A DNA stretch of 32,000 nt from Nitrosopumilus sp. (GTDB lineage: Archaea > Thermoproteota > Nitrososphaeria > Nitrososphaerales > Nitrosopumilaceae): the NCBI RefSeq assembly GCF_025699125.1, contig NZ_JAILWC010000001.1:134884-166883 (forward strand), read 5' to 3'. This document shows positions 18,627 through 26,685 of the stretch, one piece after another (positions within the stretch are counted from its first letter, which is position 1; every line of letters starts with the position of its first letter). The notes beneath the pieces are model-generated. The model ran no database searches, was not told where the DNA came from, and saw only the letters and a program-made list of their open reading frames with translations. Made by a program: the position numbers and the translations under genes.

Positions 18627-19360
18627 ATCAAAAACTCTGCAGCATTTTTTCCATCTTCTGTAATGTTAATCCATCTAGTTCGTCCGATCTTTTCTACTTT
18701 GATAAACTTCCACTGGTTCTCCAATGTATTGATGATGTTTTTATCTAAACTTGCAAATGTTGCCTGACTTTGATTTTCCGCATTGACCACAATCAGTTTT
18801 TCTTCTTTGGCAAGGCGAGCCATCTCTTTTTTAGAAATCCTGCCGCCCTTTTCTGAGATAATTCTTAATGCATCAATGTGTTTTTTGTCTGGCCTTTTGA
18901 TTTCATAGGTTGGAACGTCTTGAATATCTTTTATCCCGGTAGATATTGCTTTGCCTGAAAAGACAAGATAGTCTTTTGCCTCTACATAAAATGGATGAAT
19001 GTTTTTTTCATCATTGAACATCATGCATGCCATCATGCATGCAATTGCTTGAATTTTACTTCCTGCCGCCAAATTAACATAAATGATGTTTCCTTTTTCT
19101 TTTTCAATAATTTCTTTTACAGATTTGATTATCTTGAAGAGGTCGAGTCTGTCATGATACTCCCTAACTACTTCGATGTTTTGTTTTTGTAATTGTTTTG
19201 ATATTTTTTCATAAAACGTGATTGCCTTGTCAATACTAGGATTTTCATGAACTAGTAGGCAGACCTTGTCTGCTTTCATCTTCTTTGCAGGCAAGACGAT
19301 TCTGTCAATTTCATAGCCTACAGGAGCAATATGCACACGCAAGTTTGTCAGTTTAGCCAT
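18623..19360 (-). CDS. Putative regulator with an N-terminal Rossmann/CARF-like domain (Csa3/HFX_2341-like) and a C-terminal winged helix
   Basis: From the second Met, the sequence is 'MAKLTNLRVHIAPVGYEIDRIVLPAKKMKADKVCLLV', followed by 'VNLAAGSKIQAI'. The C-terminal wHTH-like part is 'IDALRIISEKGGRISKKEMARLA...GRTRWINITEDG'. I prefer the start at 19360. The longer track ORF (to 19417) would translate through the TATA-like box at 19394-19408. Confidence 0.45.
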   Translation of the reverse strand: MAKLTNLRVHIAPVGYEIDRIVLPAKKMKADKVCLLVHENPSIDKAITFYEKISKQLQKQNIEVVREYHDRLDLFKIIKSVKEIIEKEKGNIIYVNLAAGSKIQAIACMMACMMFNDEKNIHPFYVEAKDYLVFSGKAISTGIKDIQDVPTYEIKRPDKKHIDALRIISEKGGRISKKEMARLAKEEKLIVVNAENQSQATFASLDKNIINTLENQWKFIKVEKIGRTRWINITEDGKNAAEFLI

Positions 19361-19393
19361 GATAGTATCTACAGTATGCATACTATGGTCATG

Positions 19394-19408
19394 ATATATA
19401 ATAATTTT
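19394..19408 (-). promoter_or_regulatory. TATA-like box (AAAATTATTATATAT on the minus strand) about 38 nt upstream of the ATG at 19360
   Basis: The A/T box has spacing compatible with a short-leader archaeal promoter. It lies inside the 5' extension of the track ORF. Confidence 0.3.
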
Positions 19409-19828
19409 GCAACTCAAGATAATTCATGAAATCAATCACACTATTGCACAAAAGCCATCAAGTGGGGGGAGAGCCCACACTCTCTACCTTTTTCCCAAGA
19501 ATAATTCGAGAGTTTGATGATAATGATGAACCAATGATGTATGGGGAAAAATATTAGATGATTTATTCTAAAAGAAGATCAAGCATCAATTAGGAGAAAA
19601 TGTTTAACATTCAAAAAATCAAAGAAAAAAAGATGGACATAACCCGTGAACAAAAAAGATATCGTAAACCAAGTCTTTTTAATTTAAAAGAGGAACTTTA
19701 GGAAAAGCGCCAATTTTTGACACCAAGAAGATCTTCTTCAAAGTACCAACCGACTTTACAGAATCTGCTCTTGACAATAAAACATAACTCTATTTTATCA
19801 AAAACAGTTTTACAATTGTGCGATGTAA

Positions 19829-20278
19829 TTAAGGTGATAGTTTAGATGCATAATCTGCTAGTTCTTTATCACATGCACTTTTTCTTTTCTCGAAATCCTT
19901 AATTTCCTCATCATTCACATATCCGCGCATCTCAGCAAATCGTATAATTTCATAAATCCGCGTTCCATCAAGAGGACTATGTTTCTGAAAACCAGGAATC
20001 CCGCATATTTCCAGCCCCAGTGAATCCATTTTCATAAGAATAAGTTTAGCCTGACTCAGATCACATTTTTTCAGTTTTAATATTTCAAATGTGAGTTCAT
20101 TTCTAGAGTAATTGGGATGAGGATAACCCTCCTTTAGGCATATCAGATAATGGATAATGTTGTGGATTGTGTCATCTGAGGGAAGTTGCATTTCACCCTC
20201 AGATGACGAATTATCCACATCTAGGAATTTTAGAGCAATTCTGGTAATTCTGTCCTCAAAACTCATGACATGATCCAT
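19829..20278 (-). CDS. Hypothetical protein, 149 aa
   Basis: Supported only by the open reading frame. It overlaps the upstream 81-aa ORF by 23 nt. No motif recognised. Confidence 0.4.
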   Translation of the reverse strand: MDHVMSFEDRITRIALKFLDVDNSSSEGEMQLPSDDTIHNIIHYLICLKEGYPHPNYSRNELTFEILKLKKCDLSQAKLILMKMDSLGLEICGIPGFQKHSPLDGTRIYEIIRFAEMRGYVNDEEIKDFEKRKSACDKELADYASKLSP

Positions 20279-20501
20279 TTTTCTTCCTAGTTACATCCTC
20301 TAATTTTTCAATTCTTTCTGCGAGTTTTGATTCCTCTTGTTTGAGAAGATTGTTCAGTTTGTCTGACAGATAACCTATGTTGGTGGCAATTTTAATTGCA
20401 GTTTCGTCATCCGTGGTTTTCTCAAAACGTTCTGCTTGTCGTATGATGATTCTCCGTAACAACTTTCCATATGTTGCACGATTCTTCCAGCTAGCAGGCA
20501 T
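20256..20501 (-). CDS. Hypothetical small helical/coiled-coil protein, 81 aa
   Basis: Supported only by the open reading frame. The charged heptad-like region is 'LNNLLKQEESKLAERIEKLEDV'. It is co-oriented with and overlaps the next gene. Confidence 0.35.
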   Translation of the reverse strand: MPASWKNRATYGKLLRRIIIRQAERFEKTTDDETAIKIATNIGYLSDKLNNLLKQEESKLAERIEKLEDVTRKKNGSCHEF

Positions 20502-20711
20502 CGTTGTACTCCTTTTTTGGTATGCATTTGTTCCTAGTTAGGAGCAAAAACGGTGATGTTGCTGTCATTGTAATGCACCTATCTCGTGGAACCCTACTGA
20601 CAAATCCGGATTCCAACACTCCCAATACAGAATCCCTGGTAGTATGTGTGATATTTATGGTCATTAACAGAATAACGGTCACTATAAATATATACATTTA
20701 ACACCTAATAT

Positions 20712-21545
20712 GTGCCTCTAAGACCCACATCATACCTAAAAAATAGTTTGGATATTCTGCTAGCGATATTGGAACATGGAGAAAAGATACTACGTGGAAA
20801 GAAAACAATAGGACATGGTCTCCTTGAAGCAGATTTTGACAAGAATAATGTACCCGGAACAAGAGAGATCATGCGTTCAAGAAGTGAACCGTTTCTAGAA
20901 TCAAAATACATCAAAATGCTGAGGGCAAAAGGTAAAAAATCAAAAGGATATTATTCGATTACTTCCTTGGGATTGGTGTTTCTATTTCAAAACAAAATTG
21001 AGATCACGGAAACAATTTTCAAGAAAACTATCACAAACTTACAATTTTTTATCAGACATAATCAAAAGAACTCAACTAGATTAGAATATGATCCAATTCT
21101 TGATTTTAAATTAATAGAAAAACAACTCAAGGAAATAGATAAGAAATTATTGTTTCAAATTCTCAGGAATGTTTTCAATCAAATAGAAATTAAAAAGGAT
21201 GCTGACAAAATAAAAATTAATTTGAATTACATGGTGGATGAAGAAATTTTTTCGATTACAAAGAGATTTGTCATAAAGAATAAAAAAATCTATGAGAAAG
21301 AGACAGAAATTACTGAGGAGGAGTTTGGCCACTATGTGGCGTTATTTGTTTTATTATCGTTTCACCACGCATTGGTCGTACATTTTATCAGGGAGGAGGA
21401 CAAAAAAATGTTTGAATCGTTTAACATAGACCTGTTAAAAGAGATAAGTGACTTTAATAGTTCCAGATTAAGTGATATGTCCCACAGATTTACGGATTAC
21501 ATTAATGTTCAGAGAAACATAGATGAAAGATTGAAGATTATTTAG
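20712..21545 (+). CDS. Hypothetical protein with a possible N-terminal winged-helix domain, 277 aa
   Basis: GTG start. 'SLDILLAILEHGEKIL...KGYYSITSLGLVFL' resembles a wHTH. The rest is Lys/Ile-rich with no recognised domain. The A/T box 'ACTATAAATATATAC' (about 20682-20696) lies about 20-30 nt upstream. Confidence 0.4.
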   Translation: MPLRPTSYLKNSLDILLAILEHGEKILRGKKTIGHGLLEADFDKNNVPGTREIMRSRSEPFLESKYIKMLRAKGKKSKGYYSITSLGLVFLFQNKIEITETIFKKTITNLQFFIRHNQKNSTRLEYDPILDFKLIEKQLKEIDKKLLFQILRNVFNQIEIKKDADKIKINLNYMVDEEIFSITKRFVIKNKKIYEKETEITEEEFGHYVALFVLLSFHHALVVHFIREEDKKMFESFNIDLLKEISDFNSSRLSDMSHRFTDYINVQRNIDERLKII

Positions 21546-21612
21546 TTTTTAATAATCATTAGTGTTAATCGAATATGGATCAGACTAGATTTTAATTACT
21601 GTGTGGTCATTG

Positions 21613-21801
21613 TCAGTATCTTTCTTTTCTCGGAATGACATTTCTGATTCCACCTTGTGGTTCAGCAACATCACCGTTCCTCCGCGGAATCAGATGAATG
21701 TGACAATGCATTATTGTCTGCCCAGCATCTTTTCCAATGTTTATTCCAACATTAAATCCTGTTACTGTTTTGTCTTTTTCAAGAATTTTTCTTTTGGTCA
21801 T
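21613..21801 (-). pseudogene. N-terminally truncated HIT (histidine triad) family gene remnant
   Basis: The 62 aa carry only the C-terminal half of a HIT fold, including the triad 'HCHIHLIPR'. An in-frame TAA lies 8 codons upstream of the ATG, and the next gene ends at 21854. That leaves no room for the usual N-terminal half (about 50-70 aa). Confidence 0.55.
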
Positions 21802-21853
21802 GTTGTTCTCACTATTGCAATTATTTTATTAAAAATTATGATGTCTTTTGAAT

Positions 21854-22825
21854 TTATCCGATTCTTCCTTTGAGAATAATTTTCTCGTCGGTTCCAGAAG
21901 GTGTAGACCTGTCGATGTATCTGATTTCATAGCTGTCTCCAATGTGGATGACTTTGCCATCTAATTCTCTTGGAATCTTGATCTTCACCTCAAATGTGCT
22001 TGTATTGGGGCCTGTCTCAATCAGATAGCTGGAGTTTGCGTCAAATCTTGGATTTGCTAGAGTGGTTCTGATTCCTCCATCCCCTCTGTATTCAAGAGAA
22101 CTTAGTGGAATCTTGTCTTCGTCTTTGGAGTCTCTATTTGCATCAGGCTCGTAAATTCTTATGGTGAATTCATGGCCAATTCGCGAACCTCCTCCAGACG
22201 ATTCTACTTTGGCAAACGTCTTTGTCAATGGAACTGACTTGACCAGGATTCTCTGCTCTCCTGAATAGTCTGATTCATCCAAGTATTTTATCAGAACAAT
22301 GTCGTCTTGACTCAGAGGTCTTCCATTTATCGTATCTGGCAGTTCCAATTTGATGTAAAATTCACCGGTGTCTGGTCCTGTCTCAATCATGTTTTTTGGA
22401 CCGTTAATGGGAATTCCGTTAATCGTAAATTCAAACAATCCCTGAATGGGAACAACCTCTATTCCACTATGTGCCGTATTCAGGTCCTGATCAGTGATAT
22501 AGAAATTCACCACTGACATGCTTGATGCGGGAACTGTCTGCATCTCTTTTTCTGATGCCGTAACTGATTGGATGTCTTTTTGCAAATCTGAAAAATTTAT
22601 CGGGATAAATAACATTCCTGCTTTTTTCATCCTCTCTGCAGTATCCGGTTTTACACAAGCAGCATCTCCGTTTGTTCTGATTACTAGTTCTAATCCCGCT
22701 TTACAAATTACGTCTGCGGCTGGAATTCCTTGCTCCATCTGTTTTCTGGGAGATTCCACGTCTCCAAATGATGGTTGAATCATAAGAAATACACTGCAAA
22801 TAATTGCTGCATAAACTAAATTCAT
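21854..22825 (-). CDS. Secreted protein with two repeated surface-protein-type modules
   Basis: The signal-like N-terminus is 'AAIICSVFLMIQPSFGD'. There is an internal duplication: 'IETGPDTGEFYIKLELP...IKYLDESDYSGEQ' versus 'IETGPNTSTFEVKIKIP...IRYIDRSTPSGTD'. Confidence 0.6.
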   Translation of the reverse strand: MNLVYAAIICSVFLMIQPSFGDVESPRKQMEQGIPAADVICKAGLELVIRTNGDAACVKPDTAERMKKAGMLFIPINFSDLQKDIQSVTASEKEMQTVPASSMSVVNFYITDQDLNTAHSGIEVVPIQGLFEFTINGIPINGPKNMIETGPDTGEFYIKLELPDTINGRPLSQDDIVLIKYLDESDYSGEQRILVKSVPLTKTFAKVESSGGGSRIGHEFTIRIYEPDANRDSKDEDKIPLSSLEYRGDGGIRTTLANPRFDANSSYLIETGPNTSTFEVKIKIPRELDGKVIHIGDSYEIRYIDRSTPSGTDEKIILKGRIG

Positions 22826-22939
22826 TATTTTTTTTGTATTTCTTTACATAAATAATTTGATAACAAGTTGTACTCTTCAGAAAACCACATCTGAGAATTT
22901 GCCGTTTTATTATATCTGATAAAATCTATTGATTTTTGA

Positions 22940-23512
22940 ATGATTCGCTTTGTATTCCTGCTTCTTTTGGTTGTTCCTGCCAACTATGCATTTGCAGAAC
23001 ACATCTTCAACCCTGAGGCACATGCTCAATATCTTGATATCTCTCAGTTGGAATCTGAAAAAGTTACGTTTGATTTTGATGGAAAATCTTATGACATTTA
23101 CTATGGTTATCACGGAAGTCTTGATGCCATGGGATCCGATGACCCACTTCCAATATTATCCTCTATGAACATCAACGAGGAAAGAAAGTCAATTGAAATT
23201 ATCATGGAAGACGTCCCTGAGAAAACCGATTTTTGGGTAAGAGTGCCACAAGACGTTCTTTATGCGGAAGGTGAAAAATTTACAGTTCTAGTCGATGGGG
23301 CTGATACTGGATATGACTTGATGAAATTTCCAAATGATTACGTGATTGGGTTTATCGTTTCAGAAAATACTAAAAACATTGAAGTCATTGGAACTAGAGT
23401 GATCCCGGAATTTGGGGCACTGACAATCCTGATTCTTGCAATATCCGTAATGGGAATAATTTACCTTGCTCGAAAGAATCCCATTCTGAGTGGTTGGACT
23501 AGAATTAATTAA
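22940..23512 (+). CDS. PEFG-CTERM sorting-domain surface protein
   Basis: The N-terminal signal is 'FVFLLLLVVPANYAFA'. The C-terminus, 'PEFGALTILILAISVMGIIYLARKN', has the PEFG motif, a TM helix and a basic tail. This is the thaumarchaeal archaeosortase-type signal. Confidence 0.7.
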   Translation: MIRFVFLLLLVVPANYAFAEHIFNPEAHAQYLDISQLESEKVTFDFDGKSYDIYYGYHGSLDAMGSDDPLPILSSMNINEERKSIEIIMEDVPEKTDFWVRVPQDVLYAEGEKFTVLVDGADTGYDLMKFPNDYVIGFIVSENTKNIEVIGTRVIPEFGALTILILAISVMGIIYLARKNPILSGWTRIN

Positions 23513-23617
23513 GCGAAATATCCTCAAAAATCTGGTATCATTCAAAAAATGAATGTTGGTCTGTGAACAAACTTTTCATTTAATCTCTCAAGAATAACGG
23601 TTCAAACATCACGATTC

Positions 23618-24451
23618 TCATTTTACAACATATTTTGTGATTTTTTCAGATAACAAAACATTGCAAATATCCCAAGGCGTTACTAGCCAATCTTTGTACA
23701 TAATACATGGATGTACCATATCGTACATCATCTTTGATAATTCATCAATTTTCAAATTATCTGATACAACTTTGGCTTCTTCCAGCTCTACGATATCTGC
23801 TGATTCATTTAGAAAGTCATCCGTTTCTGTTAAGTGCTTCATTTTCTCTGATATTGCCTCTATGATTAACCTGTCGCTAAGATACTTGTTGGTGCCTTCA
23901 AGCAAAATCTTTCTTGCTTTGTTATCAAACATTGAATTGATCAAATCGCCAAAAGTATCTCCTTTTCTGAATGTAACTAGTTTCTTTTTTGGCAAATCCT
24001 CAATGGTAAGATTCGTCCTACATTTCTTACCTATCTCCAGAACTTTCTGTGCAGAGATTGCAGAATAAAATCCCCATTCGTTAGGAATGATAGCATATGC
24101 TCTTCCTCTCTCTTTCCAAAAATTCATCAAATCTTTGTACTTTGTATCTTTGGATACTGTAACTAGATTTGGCTCCATTATGTCTTCAACATTGGTTCCA
24201 TAGAACAAACTCGAAGTAGGATTCTTTAACAGATTTGCCATTATTTCCTTACCTCCAATTGTTCCTATTGGATTTTCTTTTTCATCTCTTACAATAATTG
24301 AATCCGTGGCTGACTCCAAATATTGCACCAGCATTCCAGTGACAACCCATACTTCTGTTCCTTTGTTGGTGTGGATACATAGTGACCACGTTAATCTCTC
24401 AGGCAGTAATTCTCCTAGTGTTCTTTCTGCTATGGGAATGTTTTGTGACAT
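23618..24451 (-). CDS. CBS-domain protein (paralog A)
   Basis: It has repeated CBS-like segments, for example 'IIVRDEKENPIGTIGGKEIMANL' and 'VEDIMEPNLVTVSKDTKYKDLMNFW...AYAIIPNEWG'. It aligns along its whole length with the divergent neighbour. Confidence 0.5.
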   Translation of the reverse strand: MSQNIPIAERTLGELLPERLTWSLCIHTNKGTEVWVVTGMLVQYLESATDSIIVRDEKENPIGTIGGKEIMANLLKNPTSSLFYGTNVEDIMEPNLVTVSKDTKYKDLMNFWKERGRAYAIIPNEWGFYSAISAQKVLEIGKKCRTNLTIEDLPKKKLVTFRKGDTFGDLINSMFDNKARKILLEGTNKYLSDRLIIEAISEKMKHLTETDDFLNESADIVELEEAKVVSDNLKIDELSKMMYDMVHPCIMYKDWLVTPWDICNVLLSEKITKYVVK

Positions 24452-24631
24452 ACAACTAGTTTGATTTTATTGCATAAAGCAGCCATATTCAATTCTCAAA
24501 AATGATAAGATGTGTATGATTATTTTGACAAATACATAACATAAAATGAATTAGCTGTATTCCTTGATTTTCTAACATAATAATCAAGAATCTGTTAAAA
24601 TACCATTTTTACGTATTTCAAGTGAGAACAA

Positions 24632-25516
24632 ATGGGATCTGTAAACAAAGAAGGAATTATGGAATTGACATTAGGACAACTATTTCCAGATACCTTAACT
24701 GATACAAATTGTGTGTTTGTAGATAAAGACAGAGAGATTTGGGTATCTACTGAAATGTGTGCTCAATATTTGGAATCTACAATAGATGCACTTGTAGTTC
24801 AAGATGATGGAAAATCCATAGGACTTGTAGGTGGGTACGACATTTTAGATTTTTTGCGAAAAAATCCTACACGCGATTCTCAATATCAACACACAACCCA
24901 AGAAATTATGTTCAAGGACGTCCCTCAAGTTACTAGCCAAACTAAATTCAAAGATCTAATGGATACTTGGAAAAATAGCCGAAGAGCATTTGCAGTTATA
25001 CAAAATAAGTCTGGAAGTTATTCTCCGGTTTCTGCAAGAAAAATGCTTGAGGTGGGAAAAAAATACAAAACTGATCTTTCGATATCTTCAATGCCAAAAA
25101 AGAAGATTATTACATTTCAAGGAGACGAACCATTAAGAGAAATACTTGATCTAATGTTTAACAACAAAACACGAAAATTATTACTGGGGACCTCAAACCA
25201 ATTTATCAGTGATAGAACAATTCTTGAAGGACTCTCACGAATTTTAAAGTTCCAAAAAGATATTGATAACTTGCTGGATGTCCCAATTAACAAATTCACA
25301 TTTGATCACATCAAAGTTCTTACTGAAGATCTTCCATTTGACAAACTTTGTTCAGTGATGAACAGAATGGAACATCCTTATGTAATTTACAAGGACATCG
25401 TTGTCAGTCCCTGGGATATTTGTTTGGCTCTATCATCTGAAGATTTGCAGAAATCTGAAGTCAGACTTGAAATGACAAAAAAATGTCCTCATTGCGGCAA
25501 GGATGTAAACTTCTAA
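24632..25516 (+). CDS. CBS-domain protein (paralog B) with a C-terminal CxxC tail
   Basis: It carries 'LVVQDDGKSIGLVGGYDILDFL' and 'IMFKDVPQVTSQTKFKDLMDTW...AFAVIQNKSG'. By eye it is roughly 40% identical to paralog A. It has an extra 'CPHCGKDV' at the C-terminus. Confidence 0.5.
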   Translation: MGSVNKEGIMELTLGQLFPDTLTDTNCVFVDKDREIWVSTEMCAQYLESTIDALVVQDDGKSIGLVGGYDILDFLRKNPTRDSQYQHTTQEIMFKDVPQVTSQTKFKDLMDTWKNSRRAFAVIQNKSGSYSPVSARKMLEVGKKYKTDLSISSMPKKKIITFQGDEPLREILDLMFNNKTRKLLLGTSNQFISDRTILEGLSRILKFQKDIDNLLDVPINKFTFDHIKVLTEDLPFDKLCSVMNRMEHPYVIYKDIVVSPWDICLALSSEDLQKSEVRLEMTKKCPHCGKDVNF

Positions 25517-25681
25517 CAATGGTAAAAACCCCTGATTCTATTTGTGATTTTATTGGGAGTCCAGAATTTTTGTTGTGGGTACCGTAAGCGGAAACAATTT
25601 TGCAAATCTGTCTCTTAGATTTTCTTCAAAGTTGAGGTAGCCAAAGTTCACTAAAACTATTTTGGCGTGCAAAACAAACAT

Positions 25682-25699
25682 CCTTGGTAAACCTTGGTA
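25682..25699. repeat. Tandem direct repeat CCTTGGTA-AA-CCTTGGTA with 10-bp period, upstream of the aspartate dehydrogenase gene
   Basis: Read directly from the sequence: 25682-25689 and 25692-25699 are identical. It lies about 80 nt upstream of the TTG start at 25775. Confidence 0.8.
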
Positions 25700-25774
25700 G
25701 ATTCTAGTCGTAATGCGGAAAATAATACCTGATTTTTTTAGATTAATTAAGTGACTCTTCCCTAGTATTATTAA

Positions 25775-26593
25775 TTGAAAAGAATAGGTCTGTTGGGTTG
25801 TGGTGCAATTGGAACCCAGATTGCTCATGCAATTGACACAGGTAAAATTCCAGGAGTTCTGACTCACATTTATGATAACTCAAAAGATGCTGCCACTGAA
25901 CTTGCATCAAAATTAAACAACAAGCCCTTGATTGTTGAAAATTCGCATCTCTTGTCTTCAAATCCAATTGACATTATTGTGGAAGCTGCATCCCAGGACG
26001 CAGTAAAAGATGTTGCATTGAGTGTATTGCAAAACAAGCGTGACTTGATGATCATGAGTGTTGGTGCTTTATTGGATGAATCAATTTATGATGTTTTATC
26101 AGATGCATGCAACCACTTTAAAAAAACAATCTATCTTCCATCCGGCGCAATTGCAGGACTGGATGGCTTAAAATCAGTCAAAGATGAATTGGAATCCTTG
26201 TCCCTCACAACAACCAAACATCCACGTTCCCTAAAAGGTGCAAAGTTTTTTGAAACTTCGGATATTAATTTAGATGCAATTGACTCATCAACAATAATTT
26301 TTGAAGGAACTGCCAAAGAAGCTGTGTCTATGTTTCCTGCAAACATCAATGTCGCTGCTCTTTTATCATTATGTGGAATAGGAAGTGAAAAAACAATTGT
26401 AAAAATCATTGCAGATCCCAATACTGACAAAAACACACATCACATTGAAGCTAAAGGAAAATTTGGAAAAATGACCTTTACCATTGAAAATTTCCCTGAT
26501 CCTAGCAATCCAAAAACCAGCAGGTTGGCAATTTTGTCTGCAATTGAAACTCTGAGAAAATACTGCTCTGATGATATTCAGATTGGCACCTAA
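25775..26593 (+). CDS. nadX: L-aspartate dehydrogenase
   Basis: The N-terminal Rossmann motif is 'IGLLGCGAIGTQIA'. The C-terminal 'PSNPKTSRLAILSAIETL' is typical of AspDH. It lies next to nadA and nadC. TTG start. Confidence 0.8.
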   Translation: MKRIGLLGCGAIGTQIAHAIDTGKIPGVLTHIYDNSKDAATELASKLNNKPLIVENSHLLSSNPIDIIVEAASQDAVKDVALSVLQNKRDLMIMSVGALLDESIYDVLSDACNHFKKTIYLPSGAIAGLDGLKSVKDELESLSLTTTKHPRSLKGAKFFETSDINLDAIDSSTIIFEGTAKEAVSMFPANINVAALLSLCGIGSEKTIVKIIADPNTDKNTHHIEAKGKFGKMTFTIENFPDPSNPKTSRLAILSAIETLRKYCSDDIQIGT

Positions 26594-26614
26594 TGTGGCA
26601 ATAATTGCCACATT
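26592..26614. repeat. 23-nt perfect palindrome AATGTGGCAAT-A-ATTGCCACATT overlapping the nadX stop codon
   Basis: Read directly: 11-bp arms around one central base. As RNA this gives a 9-bp stem with a 5-nt loop, followed by TATATTTT. It could be a terminator-like hairpin or a dimeric operator between nadX and nadA. Confidence 0.8.
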
Positions 26615-26652
26615 AGCTATATTTTCAGAGAATTACGGTCTACTTCCCATTC

Positions 26653-26660
26653 TTTAAATT
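26653..26660 (+). promoter_or_regulatory. TATA-like TTTAAATT about 30 nt upstream of the nadA ATG
   Basis: The A/T box spacing implies a leaderless or near-leaderless mRNA. The same pattern occurs at nadC and mrp. Confidence 0.3.
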
Positions 26661-26685
26661 CTCACAAACTCAAATTTCGTGGTCT

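Noticed and set aside
19514-19545. A cluster of three TGATG(A) boxes (TTGATGA, ATGATGA, ATGATGT) resembling C/C' boxes
   Set aside because: There is no CUGA D or D' box at the required 12-nt spacing or anywhere within 60 nt downstream, and no terminal stem.
20491-20701. Two mutually antisense ORFs (68 aa on the minus strand, 65 aa on the plus strand) filling the divergent spacer between the 81-aa and 277-aa genes
   Set aside because: Neither has a motif. Openness on both strands probably reflects the locally higher G/C content. I cannot exclude a structured RNA, but I saw only one imperfect hairpin (GGAACCC...GGATTCC).
22826-22939. CTGA and TTGATA elements between the two surface-protein genes, considered as another C/D sRNA
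   Set aside because: There is no consensus C box on either strand and no terminal stem.
25550-25967. Minus-strand ORFs of 105 and 74 aa overlapping the nadX promoter and 5' end
   Set aside because: They overlap a well-supported gene and its upstream region, and they have no motifs. They are treated as spurious.
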